Part shown: positions 13,338-26,091 of the stretch, piece after piece
Numbering within the stretch: the first letter of the stretch is position 1
Layout of the letters: the number at the start of each line of letters is the position of its first letter
Assembly (NCBI GenBank): GCA_032718475.1
Contig: JAUCBJ010001431.1
Coordinates: forward strand, 62,001 to 126,000
Source of the DNA: Nemertoderma westbladi
Taxonomy: Eukaryota > Animalia > Xenacoelomorpha
Direction of reading: 5' to 3'
DNA: 64,000 nt
Notes under the pieces: model-generated
Databases searched by the model: none
Told to the model about the DNA's origin: nothing
What the model saw: only the letters and a program-made list of their open reading frames with translations
Made by a program: the position numbers and the translations under genes

Positions 13338-13931
13338 GATAATCTAATAGGACAATCTAATAAATTTGGGTAGAATTCACCAAATGGTTGCGCTCGTTTT
13401 TCAGGGGGTATTAAACATGGCAACGGATAAAATTGCCATAGCAACAGCTCTTATAGTAGATATGACGAGTTAAAAGTGAAAACGACCTTCAAAGTTAGCA
13501 GTATTGACAATTTCCTTAGCAACGGGCTTAATGCATTTGTAGTGGTCTTAGCTTTATCGGATCAGAGTCTACCACCAATATATCAAGTCTTAGGAACAAT
13601 ATGCACTACTTGATTGCTTGCTGTTGCCATGGCAACGGGTAACTTTGGCTAGAAACGGGCTATATATTAGCCGTAGCGTCATTAAATCAACCTCCACCCC
13701 CATTATATCGAGTATAAGGAAAAATATGGAATATGTTTCAGTTTCTAGATGCCATGGCAACTTGTTAACAAAGTGTTTTCCAAATCACTTCGCTGTTTTG
13801 TTTGACAACATAAAAGAGCGAATTTTGAAAGATAAGTGAGGTTTACATGATACGTATAATTAGAGATATTACATTTGTCGTCACTTTATGCCCAATGCCA
13901 TTCTTAAATAAATGAAATTACATTGTGTTAA

Positions 13932-15300
13932 CCCTATTAAACCCGGGGGGGGGGGTCAATATGACCCTTCTCCGTGGTTTTTATATTATAATTCGGAAAC
14001 AAACGCAGTTGGGAGTCTGAAATTTTATGACTTTTCCTAAAAATCTATTGTCTCCCTAGTAGTCAAAACCGTTTTCAAAAATATTGTTTAGTTTTCGAGT
14101 TATAGCACCATTTTTTAACTCTACTTTGGCACTTTTTTGAGACGTTTTTTGAAAATTACATTTCATTAAATATGATTTGTAACATCTCTATTTTTGATTT
14201 ACACTATTTTTGATTCAAACTTGTTTTTTACGCAATTGGGGTTTTTTGGGGTTCTGGTTTCGATGGAATATATGCGAGTTGCATCAAGCGTATCAAACTT
14301 GTATTTTTTTGTGCTGTGTGAAAATTTTGGTGCTAGCCCGAAATTTTGAAAATCCATTCAATAGATAAAATTGCTTGTGACAATTTATTTCTTGCGTATT
14401 AGAGGTTTATGGCTGTTCTGAATTCAATGGAATATATAATTATCGAACTAGACATCTCAAACTTGTATTTTTCGGAAGTGGGTGCAAAATGTGGTGCTAG
14501 CACCAAATTTTGAAAACCATCAAATATATCAATTGATTGTGTCACCTTGTTTCTTGCGTTATACGGGTTTGTGAGGGTTCTGAATTCAATGGAATCAGTA
14601 AAAATTTCATAAGAGTTTTCAAACTTGTATTTTTCGCCGGTGGGTGAAAATTGTTATGCCAGCACCAAATTTTTGAAAATAAGCAAATTGATCAGAAGAT
14701 AGTATCATCTTGTTTCTTGCGTTATACGGGTGTATGAAGGGTCCCCTGAATCCGATGGAATCAATAAAAACTGCACTGGACATCGCAAACTTGTACTTTG
14801 TGGTGATGGGTAAGAAATTTGGTGCTAGCACCAAAATTTGCCCAATTACGCCAATAATACCAATACAAGTAGCAATGATCTGGCTTATTAGAAATGTATT
14901 CTATTAAAATCCACGCCCTAGAAAACCTGAAAATGTGAATTTATAGCATCGTATAAGTGAATTAAAAATTTTGTGTTCTAACTGAAAAGTGCTGTTTACT
15001 TGTTTTTTTCGTTTTTTTCCTATGCAGAGAGGACTAAACAGCCATTTACAGTAATTATATAATTTTTAAATATTTTCCAATGTATTTTGCGCCCCAGAAA
15101 ACCTGTAATGAAAAACAATTAGCCGAAAAATGTAACTTTCAAATTTTGTGAAAATTGTGCACTACTTGTAATTTTGGTGCTGCAATATAGCCACCCCAGT
15201 ACATTTTTTCGAAATTTTTTTTTTCGGTCGGATCCAGAATAGTGATACCTATGTACAAACAAAAAGTTTTCGTAAAGATGTGTAGATTTTAGGGGGGGGG
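13932..15300. mobile_element. Possible piggyBac-like non-autonomous element with diverged ~125-bp internal repeats
   Basis: TTAA|CCCT start; repeated CAAACTTGTATTTT/GGTGCTAGCACC blocks; right end not resolved. Confidence 0.35.
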
Positions 15301-15515
15301 GGGGGGGGGCTTTTTGCTACTCTCTATCCATGATCCTAGGTACTGGAAGTCGCTTTGGAGACCCTTTCATTGTAGCGAGTGTTTAAAGACGGCCAAGTAC
15401 GATAGGGTTGAGCACAGCGGCAGTATATGATAGTATTGACAGATGGGAGGCCATGATGACGTAATTTGCGGACATACAAGGTATCAGGTAGTATTTCTAG
15501 GTCTATATTTTACCT

Positions 15516-15590
15516 GAGCCGCTAGCTGAATGGATAGAGCGTCAGACTTCCAACCCGGAGGTCACCAGTTCGATCCCACTTGGACGTCAT
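15516..15590 (+). mobile_element. tRNA-derived SINE head or tRNA pseudogene
   Basis: A box TAGCTGAATGG and B box GTTCGATCC; acceptor stem imperfect. Confidence 0.55.
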
Positions 15591-16430
15591 TGCCGACTTT
15601 GCAAAAGCTGTGCCCAACAAAAAGTTATAATAATATAAAACCACTCTTTCTATTAGTTTACTATTTATTACTATTTCAAGGGAGGCTAATCCGCAGTAAT
15701 CCGACAATCAAGTAGTGCACATTGTTCCTTAGACTTGATATATTGGTGGTAGACTCTGATCCTATAACGCTACGACCACTATAAATGCATTACGCCGTTT
15801 AAAGCCCGTTGCTAAGGACATTGTCAATACTGCCAACTTTGAAGGTCGTTTTCACTTGTTGCTATGGTATTTTAAAAAAAAACTAAATATGCCATTAAAT
15901 TCTTCATAACCAAAATAGTAATCTTTCATAAATTTTAACTCGTCATATCTACTATAAGAGCTGTTGCTCTTGCTATTGCTATTACTATTGCAATTTTCTC
16001 CGTGTTTAATACCCCCTAAAAAACGAGCGCAACCATTTGGTCTACCCAAGTTTTTTACAATGTCCCATATCTGTACTAAACATCTATGTGGGGTAGCTGA
16101 GTCATATATGAAATTCCTGCGGGGTCATAGGCCGGAGCCTGTGTTATATCATAAAAATCGTAACGCAAATCGATCGCAAGTGAAAAAATATTAATTTATT
16201 GTTTTGGTTAGAAAACATAGTCACTGTAACCGCCCACTTTCCCTTATTGTTTAATATTTCAAACCCTCTACACACATACTATAGTTGGTTTTTGTGGTCA
16301 TTAAAAATTTTACTATTATATTATTATTATTAATTTTATTTTACATTATTAAAAAAAAGCAAGAAAAACAGAAAACAGATAAATAACGGGGGAGGGCAGC
16401 AGGCTAAGTAATACCGAATTAACAATTAAG

Positions 16431-16775
16431 GTTGAGGGTCAAACATATGTCGCATTATATAAGAATGTAAGGATAGGGTCAGAAGAAACGAATTACAAGT
16501 TTAGTTATGGAGAATTTGAACGTTTGAATCTCTTGGGAAATAAAATGGACGCAGCTAATGGGTCGCAGTTCTCTACTAAAGATAAAGATCATGATGATTC
16601 CGACGACACCTCGTTGGCCTCAGATCGTTCTGGCGGTTGGTGGCATACCGTGAAGTCTCAGACGAACCTCAACGGGGAATATCAGTCTACTGATAATAGG
16701 AGGGGAGTCTTTTGGGGCAATGCTTTTGACAATTTTATTGAAGGGTCTAAGATAAAAATCGTTAACTGCAATTAA
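16431..16775 (+). CDS. Exon 2 of the fibrinogen-related protein (C-terminal FReD)
   Basis: AG acceptor at 16429-16430. The phase-0 join gives DLQIELM-VEGQTYVALYKNVRIGSEETNYKF...FSTKDKDHD...GGWW...NLNG; ~418 aa in total. Confidence 0.85.
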   Translation, partial: VEGQTYVALYKNVRIGSEETNYKFSYGEFERLNLLGNKMDAANGSQFSTKDKDHDDSDDTSLASDRSGGWWHTVKSQTNLNGEYQSTDNRRGVFWGNAFDNFIEGSKIKIVNCN

Positions 16776-18445
16776 CAATTAACATCCGTCTAAACCTTAC
16801 GATTGCTTTGAATAATGTTTATTAACGTAACTTTTATTATTAGCTTGTTATTTATTTATTGTCATTATAACATTTTATTGTAAAGTTGAGCAGAAAGAAA
16901 CCATAAATAAGATCGCAAGCTGGCTTTAAGTGTATTTATAAAGGACATCGTCCGTCTCCCAACTAAATTCAATTTTGTCTGTCTGTCTGAAATTGGTTTT
17001 CGGAAATCTAAGTAAAAAAGGGAAAGACAGGTCCAGGTGTGATCCACCAGGATCCACCTAATCTAATTACTGTATAAACGGAAACGCTAGGTAAGCCTAT
17101 ATTCCACTACAGTACTGGATCATTGATAAAATATATATAATATATAAGGTTCATATTATTATATCATATATTCATATTATATGGTTCATTTTTGATAGGA
17201 GGCTGGTTTCTATTTGGTTATAGGTATTATTACAGTAGTAAAAGTAAAAAAAAAAAGAATCGGTTTCCATCTGTGGGTTTCATAGAATAATATTCAAATA
17301 GATTTAATAGATTTAATAGATGCATCCTTCTGATTCTCCCGTGCTGACAGTTGTTCACAGCTACAGTTTATGTCTTCAAAGAATTCGACAGTTCAACAGG
17401 CACTAGTGCGTGGTCAGACGCCTTCTGAGATCGATCCTACGAAACCAGTGTAAACCAAACAGAGATCAAGCTCAGAAGCCCATTGCGGTATGTTAGGAAT
17501 TACCTTTCACCACTTCAACTACCATCCGGCCATTCGAGTTAATTGTCTCGTCTTTAGGTTTCATATATCCAAACTGTGTTGGCCACTCGCGATCAGACAG
17601 ATCCACCACGCGGCTGTTAAACAATAGGCCACTAGTGGCCCGTTGTTTGGCGATTTGGTCATACTAAATGCCGCATCATTTAATTAAATATAAAAAATTA
17701 AGTTGCTATGTAACTGAACTAAGACCAACACTCTAGAATTCATTATCTAGTTTTATCTAATTGTATTTATATTAATGTATTTATACATTATTACAATTAT
17801 TTATGAAGGCAACGGGTACATGGAGTAAAAATTTAATGGCTGTATGGTTATCCCCCAAGGCAATTTGACTAGCTAAATATGTTGAAGAGAAGGTAACATA
17901 TTATTTTATATAATACTGTAACATATCGTAACATACGTGGTTTGGTGGCATTACTATGGTATGTAATTGTAAATTTTTGCTTATACATACCATAGTAATG
18001 TCTGGTTTGGTTTAGTTTTGGCTTAGGTTTCTATTTGGGTCAGTTTGGTTAGGTTTGGTTTGTAGTTATGGTGTATAGATTGCAAATCAAGACATATTCT
18101 TTAATTTAAATTTCCATTGGAAGCCATTGCTGAGCCATTTTAATATGTACTCCATGAACCTATTGTACTGTACTTGTCTCAATGACTGTATTTACAATAT
18201 GATATTTCTAATTCCATTGGTGCTGGAATTATTCCCTACTCTCATCGCTACTAAAAGTACTCAAGTGTTTTTTTTATTAGCTATAATTGATTGAATTAAA
18301 AAATGTGTGAGATTGCATGGTAGATGAAGGTCCGCGATTTTTAGTTAGTAAAATAAGTTGCCGTTGTTTTGTGGGGCGAGCCACGAAGTTGGCGGAGCCT
18401 TAGCGAATTGATACTGTTAGGGGGTGGGTCAATTTATGCAAATAG

Positions 18446-18650
<205 letters not shown>

Positions 18651-19690
18651 TACGATTTTGACATGCTAATAACTTTGTCGAATTTAAAGCTGCCAAGTTG
18701 AAAATTTGTAGGTATCAATATGAGCAAAAGTTGAGATTTTTGAGAGACTTTCAGACACCATCAGTGCAATGGTCTCCCGCTAGAGGGCCACATGTCTAAA
18801 CATTAAATGCCCTCCCATTTCTTTGCTTTTAATCCGTTTAACCTGAAACTTGGCAGATATGTATTAGACCATTAGCTGTGACTTTCAAAGGAGGCGAATC
18901 CATCTGCAGTTCTCCAGTCTGCCGCTAGAGGGCCAAAGGTCTGAAAGTGAAATCGTTGTCGTCGTTACGATTTTGACATGCTAATAACTTTGTCGGATTT
19001 AAAGCTGCCAAGTTGAAAAATTTGTAGGTATCAATATGAGCTAAAGTTGAGACGTTTGAGAGACTTTCAGACACCATCAGAGCAATAGTCTCCTGCTAGA
19101 GGGCCACATGTCTAAACGTTAAATGTCCTCCCGTTTCTTTGCTTTTAATCCATTTATGCTGAAATTTGGCAGATATGTACTAGACCATTAGCTGTGACTT
19201 TGAAAGAAGGAATTGAATTGAATTGAATTGAAGGCTAATCCGTGTGCAGTTCTTCAGTCTGCCGCTAGAGGGCGAAATGTTTGAAAGTGAAATCTTTCTC
19301 CCATCTCGTTATTTATGATCCGTTCAAGCTGAAACGTAGCAGATATGTAGTAGAAGTCGGCCTGAGTCTTTGGTGGGCAGTAAACGGTCTGGAGTCCTCC
19401 AGTCTGCCGCTAGAGGGCGAAATGTATAACTGTCCCCAATTCCTTGATATTAATTTATTTAAAGTGAATATTGGCATATGTACTAGAGCACATGCTGCGT
19501 CTTTCTGAGGAAGGTGGTCGATCTGCATTTCTCCAGTCTGCCGCTAGAGGTAAGCGGAAATTCAAGACGCTGGTCACACTACTAAACGCATTATTTCAAC
19601 ATTCTCAAATATACGCTCCATAAATATTTCACGTTACTATTTTATTGATAATCAAGATATAAACCAAGCGGAATTGGAGTGTAAACGTTA

Positions 19691-19948
19691 AGCAGACACC
19701 TGGTGCAGACACCTGGTGCAGACACCTGGTGCAGACAACTGGTGCAGACACCTGGTGCAGACACCTGGTGCAGACACCTGGTGCAGACACCTGGTGCAGA
19801 CACCTGGTGCAGACACCTGGTGCAGACACCTGGTGGGTGCAGACACCTCGTGCAGACACCTGGTGCAGACACCTGGTGCAGACACCTGGTGCAGACACCT
19901 AGTGCAGACACCTGGTGCAGACACCTGGTGCAGACACCTGGTGCAGAC
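19691..19948. repeat. 13-bp minisatellite GCAGACACCTGGT
   Basis: About 19-20 tandem copies. Confidence 0.95.
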
Positions 19949-21255
19949 AGTTAGGCAGACCGGTACTGAAATGAATTACACAATAGCCTACATTCGCAGA
20001 AAAGCCTTTCTAGAATTATCACTTATGACTACTTATTTGCGTGCATTTTTCACTGGGATTGGCTGCGTGCGTGTCTAGCGTCGTCTCTTTGATTACGTTG
20101 AACCATTGGCAATATACAGAATGTTTTGATTGGACCTATAGGACTAGGAACTTTGCGTGGAAGAATATAATGGTAGAAATCATAACAAATAATACTCATA
20201 TAACTTATATTTCGGCAGTTCTTTTAAATATGTAAACCTCTACCGGACTGCTGATTCATATACATTCCTAACATTCCTAACATTCCACACCACATTCCAA
20301 TAATATCCTAATACAGTAATACTTTCGAATTAGTACTTAAATTAAATTTAAGTCACGTGCTGCGCGTAGGCCCCACTTCGTGTTTAATGTATCCATGTAT
20401 ATGTGGTAATAAAGCCATATATTTATTTATGGTACGGTAATAAAAAATAAAAAATAGCAATTTATATCATTGTGTGAAAAGTAATACTTTATAGCGTTAT
20501 GGCCCGGGTGTATTTATTTACAGAGCGAGCGCAGCGAGGGAGGTTTACATAAATAAACACGAAGTGGGGCCTTAAATAAAATATGTGAAATGAAAATATG
20601 TAAAAAATGAAAATATGATTTTTAAAACTACTAGCTATTACAAAAATACTAGCCCATTACAATACCCTTGTAAAATACTACCACATTTCCAAAACGTAAC
20701 TGTTTGATGTAAAACATAATATTGAAAAAATGATATTTAAAATTTTGAAAAATAGCTATTTTTATTAAAAAGTGTAAAAAAATATTTTTTCTAGAAAAAA
20801 GTTTTATTTAGTTAAATAGCTTACTTAGCTTATATTAGAATATAGAATATATCTAGAATATATTACTAGTTTTAGTAATATATTCTAGAACATTAAAAAA
20901 AAGTAGTGGAATCCTGAAAAGTGAGCATATATACTATACTATAATGCCGTTAGTTAGAGGCACTACTGGAGGAAGGGCGATCTATACAGACAACACACTT
21001 CCTCCTATATGACAATGATAATGGTTAAAACAAAAAATTACACACCCTGCCCGTATCGGTAGTGTATTTTAAGTATTAATTTTCAGTGACAATAATTACT
21101 GCTTACTATTAAACTTACACTATAAAACTATTCTGGAACATCAGTTTCTATCACAATTGCTCTCAAAACGGCAGTAACAAGGTTCTTGTTCCTTTGAGCG
21201 AAAGTGCAGGTGACTAAGGGCGTCTCCTGGACTAATCATAACTAATCGCGGGTAA

Positions 21256-22665
21256 ATGCTTGGAAGTATGGATATGAATCCATTCGATACGTTGCCAGAC
21301 GAAATGTTATTGCATATCCTCAACTACCTCCTCGAGTTTGATCTGTATCGCTTCTCTCTTGTGTGTCACCGTTTCTTCAATGTTGCTAATGATCGAACGT
21401 TATGGAAGCGACTCTATCGATATCTCTACGAGTATGATGCACCCCTCGTAATGCCAGAATGGGGATCATTTGACTTCCTTCACGCACCGTTTCCTGATAA
21501 CCAGTGGAAAACGAGTCTCTTCCTGCTTTACGGATCTGTCCATGTGTCTTCCCGACTACATTCTGAGGTTGGACGGAGTCGACATGTAACAGCTGTGGAA
21601 ACCATTGAGAGTGCAGTTACACTTGCCAACCCAGACTTCCCCCTCGTGTTGGTTCACCCAGGGACCTACCAGTGTAATATACGTCTCGAATCACCAGTCT
21701 GGATACTTGGTGCGGCATCTGGCACGACAGATGCTGTAGGATCAGTTTCATCCCATCAGAGTACCCCATCCTTGAGCAACACATCTTTGCCAATGGTGGT
21801 TGGCGCGCCCTCATACCCCATCACTGCTCCTCTCAGAGCCGGCACAGAGCGGATCACAGATCGGGTGACTCTACATCCATTGGACCATGAGAATGCGGCT
21901 GTTAGCTTCATGGAGGGATCAGGTCGCTCTTACTTAGGTTATGCCGGAATATGCGCCACCCTCATCCCTCCATCGCCGCTGCGACCACAGATAGGTGATA
22001 TCAAATGCATTTATATATCCAACGCATCGCCGCGGATAGAATGTTGCATTACGCAAAAGTCAGAATTGGTTGGAATATTTGTGAGTGGCCCACGGGCCAA
22101 CCCCAAGGTTATGCGCTGCTGCATCAGCGAAAGCACAGACTATGGTATACTTCTGGATGACGCTGCGACAGGGACTTTCTTGGACGTTGAAATAATTGGT
22201 ACGGGGGTTGGGTTTGGGGTGCTACATGGAGCCAACCCAGTGATTCATAGGGCCCACATCAGTGATTTGATTGTGGGCATCTTGTGCAGCGATGATGCGT
22301 TGGGATTGTTTCGGGACTGCAACATCCACAACTGTAGGGATTTCGGGATCAAGGTGAACAATTGGGCAAATCCTACCGTAATTAACTGTGATGTGCATGC
22401 CGAAGATGATGATGATAATGATACCATTGGCGTGTGCATATTCAAAAAGGGGAAAGGTAAGTTCATTGCCAACAAAATTTACAACTGTTTTCAAGGAATC
22501 TGTGTCACGCAGTTAGGTAACCCAATCGTCAAGTACAATGAGATATACAATCAGCTTCACGGTGGCCTTGTTGTATGTTTAAGAGGACTTGGTCTGTATG
22601 AAGACAACTATATTCACAACAATAAAAAGGAATGTCAGCGGAATTTGGCGGCTCATGGTCACTGA
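21256..22665 (+). CDS. FBXO11: FBXO11-like F-box protein with right-handed beta-helix (PbH1/CASH) repeats; intronless and C-terminally short
   Basis: LPDEMLLHILNYLLEFDL..VC.RF..VAND..LWKRLY..LYEY resembles the FBXO11 N-terminus; repeated G.G.F..C.I../ANP.V..C motifs; no UBR finger. Paralogue or retrocopy status is unresolved. Confidence 0.8.
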   Translation: MLGSMDMNPFDTLPDEMLLHILNYLLEFDLYRFSLVCHRFFNVANDRTLWKRLYRYLYEYDAPLVMPEWGSFDFLHAPFPDNQWKTSLFLLYGSVHVSSRLHSEVGRSRHVTAVETIESAVTLANPDFPLVLVHPGTYQCNIRLESPVWILGAASGTTDAVGSVSSHQSTPSLSNTSLPMVVGAPSYPITAPLRAGTERITDRVTLHPLDHENAAVSFMEGSGRSYLGYAGICATLIPPSPLRPQIGDIKCIYISNASPRIECCITQKSELVGIFVSGPRANPKVMRCCISESTDYGILLDDAATGTFLDVEIIGTGVGFGVLHGANPVIHRAHISDLIVGILCSDDALGLFRDCNIHNCRDFGIKVNNWANPTVINCDVHAEDDDDNDTIGVCIFKKGKGKFIANKIYNCFQGICVTQLGNPIVKYNEIYNQLHGGLVVCLRGLGLYEDNYIHNNKKECQRNLAAHGH

Positions 22666-22996
22666 TTTGTGTATAATTGTAGTGCAAGGTTGTTAATTAA
22701 TTATGTTTACTGCATTAATTTCGGATATATGGTGTAAAGAAGGAATTGAGTATGGCATACATTTAGTATCAATATTCAATAATTTAATACGAGTGATATT
22801 ATTGATTATCAATGATTTCGGGCATTTCGATTGGCGATTGACATAGATATTATTAGTCGATTCTAATAATGTTCTTCAACTTAATTATTTCGCTTGATAT
22901 TATTGGTTGATATAAAACATGCCCCCCTTGCTAGAGATTTTAGAAATGTGTTTTGTTTTTTATAGCATATCTTGTGCAAAATTTAATGGGGATCTC

Positions 22997-23107
22997 AGTA
23001 GTAGGCGTTTGGTCCTCTTTGTGACAGTTAGACCTCACTCATGACTCATCGCTTAGGAATGTGAAACCTAGGATGTGATTGGGTGTCATTGAAGCCAGAC
23101 TGTCTGG
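22997..23107. mobile_element. Truncated Polinton-like terminus (second subfamily)
   Basis: AGTAGTAGGCGTTTGG..CTTTGTGACAGTTAGACC resembles the TIR at 39732. Confidence 0.55.
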
Positions 23108-23338
23108 TTACGATAGTATTATAGATACGATACAATAGATACAATAGACAGATACAATACAACGGTACAATAGATACGATTGCGATAGTTAAAAACAAAA
23201 ATGAGACTGATTTACACCAATGGGGCACCTTCTTCTTAGAATGAATTTACCATTATTTATATTATCGCAAATATGTGCCATATAATGTATTTTTGTAATG
23301 CTCTTCCTTGAAGGAAAAACTAAAAGTGAGATTAGAAA

Positions 23339-23916
23339 TGTTAGCGGATCCAATTCGCTGCACCACCCAGCGGAAACTTGGAAAAGTGGCGACTTACCAA
23401 TTATGTTCGGCTATGTGATATTAGCAATATAATATCACGTACCGACACACCGGGGCAATACACACTGCCAGCCACAGGGAGAGGTGCCAGCTCACCTCAG
23501 GGCAGAAGCTAGCATATTGGCCCAGGAAAGATAGTTCAGCCAATGGCGGAGCGAATTACCATCAATTAAGCGCACATTCATTGGCTAGGCCAAAGTAGCT
23601 AGGAATTTATTGTGTGTAATTATAATATAACCGTTACCTATATTAATTGTGCCTTCAGTTGGCTATGTAGAAGTGTAGAAGTCACACGGTTTTTAACCGT
23701 CGTCGTTAACCGTGCTATTATTGTAATCTGATTGTGCTATATTAATAATCTGACATTACGAACAACTGCAACTATAAAACTTAGTTATTCATTCGGCCTC
23801 CGGCCTTTCAGAACTGCCACAGCCTTTCAGTAGCCAATCGGACGCGGAGACGCGTATTTCCCAAGACTTGAACACACACACCGGTCGGGATCTTCGCCAA
23901 CTCAGATCCCGTCCCA
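23339..23916 (+). mobile_element. Solo LTR of the same Bel/Pao family (third subfamily)
   Basis: TGTTAGCG...GATCCCGTCCCA, 5-bp TSD AGAAA on both sides, same terminal hairpin and GACGCGT motif. Confidence 0.85.
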
Positions 23917-24074
23917 AGAAATAGTAAATGTGTAGTAGGAAATTTAGTATAGTAATATTTTAAAATTTCACCAAACTGCTTTTTGTTATTACTTGCTTGA
24001 TTTTTTGAGTTTTGTGTTTTGATCTTCTGTTTACATGAACGGATATGCTATTATGCATAAATAGTTTATTGTTA

Positions 24075-24264
24075 GGCCGCGTTCACACTACCGAGTCAAA
24101 GTCAAAGTCAAAAGACAAAATGTAAAAAAAATAACAAGAAATTTATTTTTTTCTAGAACGCCATTATGTATTATATTAGGCCTATATAATGTATTATTAT
24201 TTATTATTGCTAGCTAATTATATTTATTTTATTTTGACTTTGACTCGGTAGTGTGAACGTGGCC
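24075..24264. mobile_element. Harbinger-type MITE
   Basis: TIR GGCC(G/A)CGTTCACACTACCGAGTCAAAGTCAAA, TSD TTA. Confidence 0.8.
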
Positions 24265-24267
24265 TTA

Positions 24268-24779
24268 GGCCCCCTCACACGGAGCAACTTGTTTCTGCAA
24301 CTTGTTTCTGAAACTTGTTGCTGGACCCCCTCACACACATAAACTTGTTGCTGCAACTTGTTTCAGCAACTTGTTTCTGAAACTTGTTTCTGCAACTTGT
24401 TGCTGGACCCCCTCACACACAGAAACTTGTTGCTGAAGAAAATAACAATTATTTCCAAATAAATAGCTAACATGTCCAGTCATTTGTATATAATATCACA
24501 TCACTCAAATTATCTAATATTAGCTAGTATCAAAATGGAATGTAATGAAAGTTTTTCAAAAAGTTGCTGGGAATATAACTCCCAGCAACTTGTTGCTGGA
24601 CTCCTCACACACAGAAATAAGTTGCGGAAACAAGTTGCAGAAACTTGTTGCTGGAGTCCTCACACACAGAAACAAGTTTCGGAAACAAGTTGCAGCAACA
24701 AGTTTCTGTGTGTGAGGGGGTCCAGCAACAAGTTTCAGAAACAAGTTGCAGAAACAAGTTGCTCCGTGTGAGGGGGGCC
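24268..24779. mobile_element. Harbinger-type MITE (6157 family); right end plus flank duplicated to ~24985
   Basis: GGCCCCCTCACACGG TIRs; TSD TTA shared with the adjacent MITE. Confidence 0.85.
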
Positions 24780-26091
24780 TTAGATAGTAAAATAAATAGC
24801 TAGTTGAAAATAACTTTGTTGCTGGAGTCCTCACACACAGAAACAAGTTTCGGAAACAAGTTGCAGCAACAAGTTTCTGTGTGTGAGGGGGTCCAGCAAC
24901 AAGTTTCAGAAACAAGTTGCAGAAACAAGTTGCTCCGTGTGAGGGGGGCCTTAGATAGTAAAATAAATAGCTAGTTGAAAATAACTAATTCAATTTATAG
25001 CATTTTAGACAATTAAGTTATTCTAAAAGCGTAAAATATTTAGCTACCAGTATTTTGCGTAGCAATACGGGGATGATCAAGTAATACAAGAAAATAGGAG
25101 ACAACATTACGTTGTTCCCTTTCTCACGTATGTCCCTCGTTTTAATTTATAACTCACTCGCTTTGTTCGACCATGCCAATAGTATCACCCCGGATCAGCG
25201 TCAGACAAAGTCCTCGATGCACACAATATAATAAATAGTTTGTATAATGGGCATATACATTCGTTTTTTATAAAATGCTAACAATGGGAAAGTTAGCACT
25301 ATGGGCAATAAAGTTCATTACGGTCAGTAGTTTTCATAAGGGACTAACTGTTAGGATTATAGCTATATAATGAACCTTGAGTTCCCAATGTGGTCGCTAG
25401 AGAACACATTGATTCTGTGCACTTTTTTCAAAAGTTGCCGAATTGGCGAAAGTGGGATCACACCTTTTTGACCTCAAAAAATATACAAATTTGACCTTAA
25501 GGATTCATTTTCTGAGTGGTGTTAGCACTTTGAGTTAGCACTATTTTGGTGTTAGCACTTTGTATAGAAACTTCTCATTTATAGTTAACGTGCTGGGTAA
25601 TTCGTAAACACACCCGAACACACACCAAAAACTGCCGAACACATTCGAACACAGTACAAAATAGAAAGAGCACAAAAAAATAATACCAGGTACCAACTTT
25701 TAGATAAATTTAGTCACGCGTTGCTTTTCTATAAGAAAATTTCCACAATTATTGAATAAAATTGTCGCGAAATTAAATATTAATTTCTTATCAGGTAGGC
25801 CCATGGCCTACTATATTTATACGGCCTAACAAGTCACTTGAAGTGGTCTCTTAAAAAGAGGCCAGTTTTTTTTTACACTATTTTGATATGGGGAGAGTTC
25901 TATAAATTTTAATTTGCTGCAATTTGGTCAACGGTCGTAATTGAAGATTCCTCGTTAAGCAAGATACTAAATTTTATGGTAGCTAGTGTTTTAGATAGGT
26001 TTAGCTAGTAATTTCGACCCTGGTTCCGACATCCTACTTCCTTCTATAAATATTTTGTAGTAGCTAGTTCTTATTACTATTTGTATAGAAA

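Larger units (their letters stand above)
12094..16146. mobile_element. Intronic TIR element with ~400-bp imperfect inverted arms
   Basis: AGGCTCC(A/G)GCCTATGA ends; 12094-12179 plus 13338-13615 are inverted relative to 15710-16146. Confidence 0.7.

Noticed and set aside
15516-15590. Functional tRNA gene
   Set aside because: The acceptor stem does not pair well and it lies inside nested TEs.
19629-20078. Cys/His-rich repeat ORFs (also the ORFs at 6128-6731 and 24472-24915)
   Set aside because: Minisatellite and MITE subrepeat translations.
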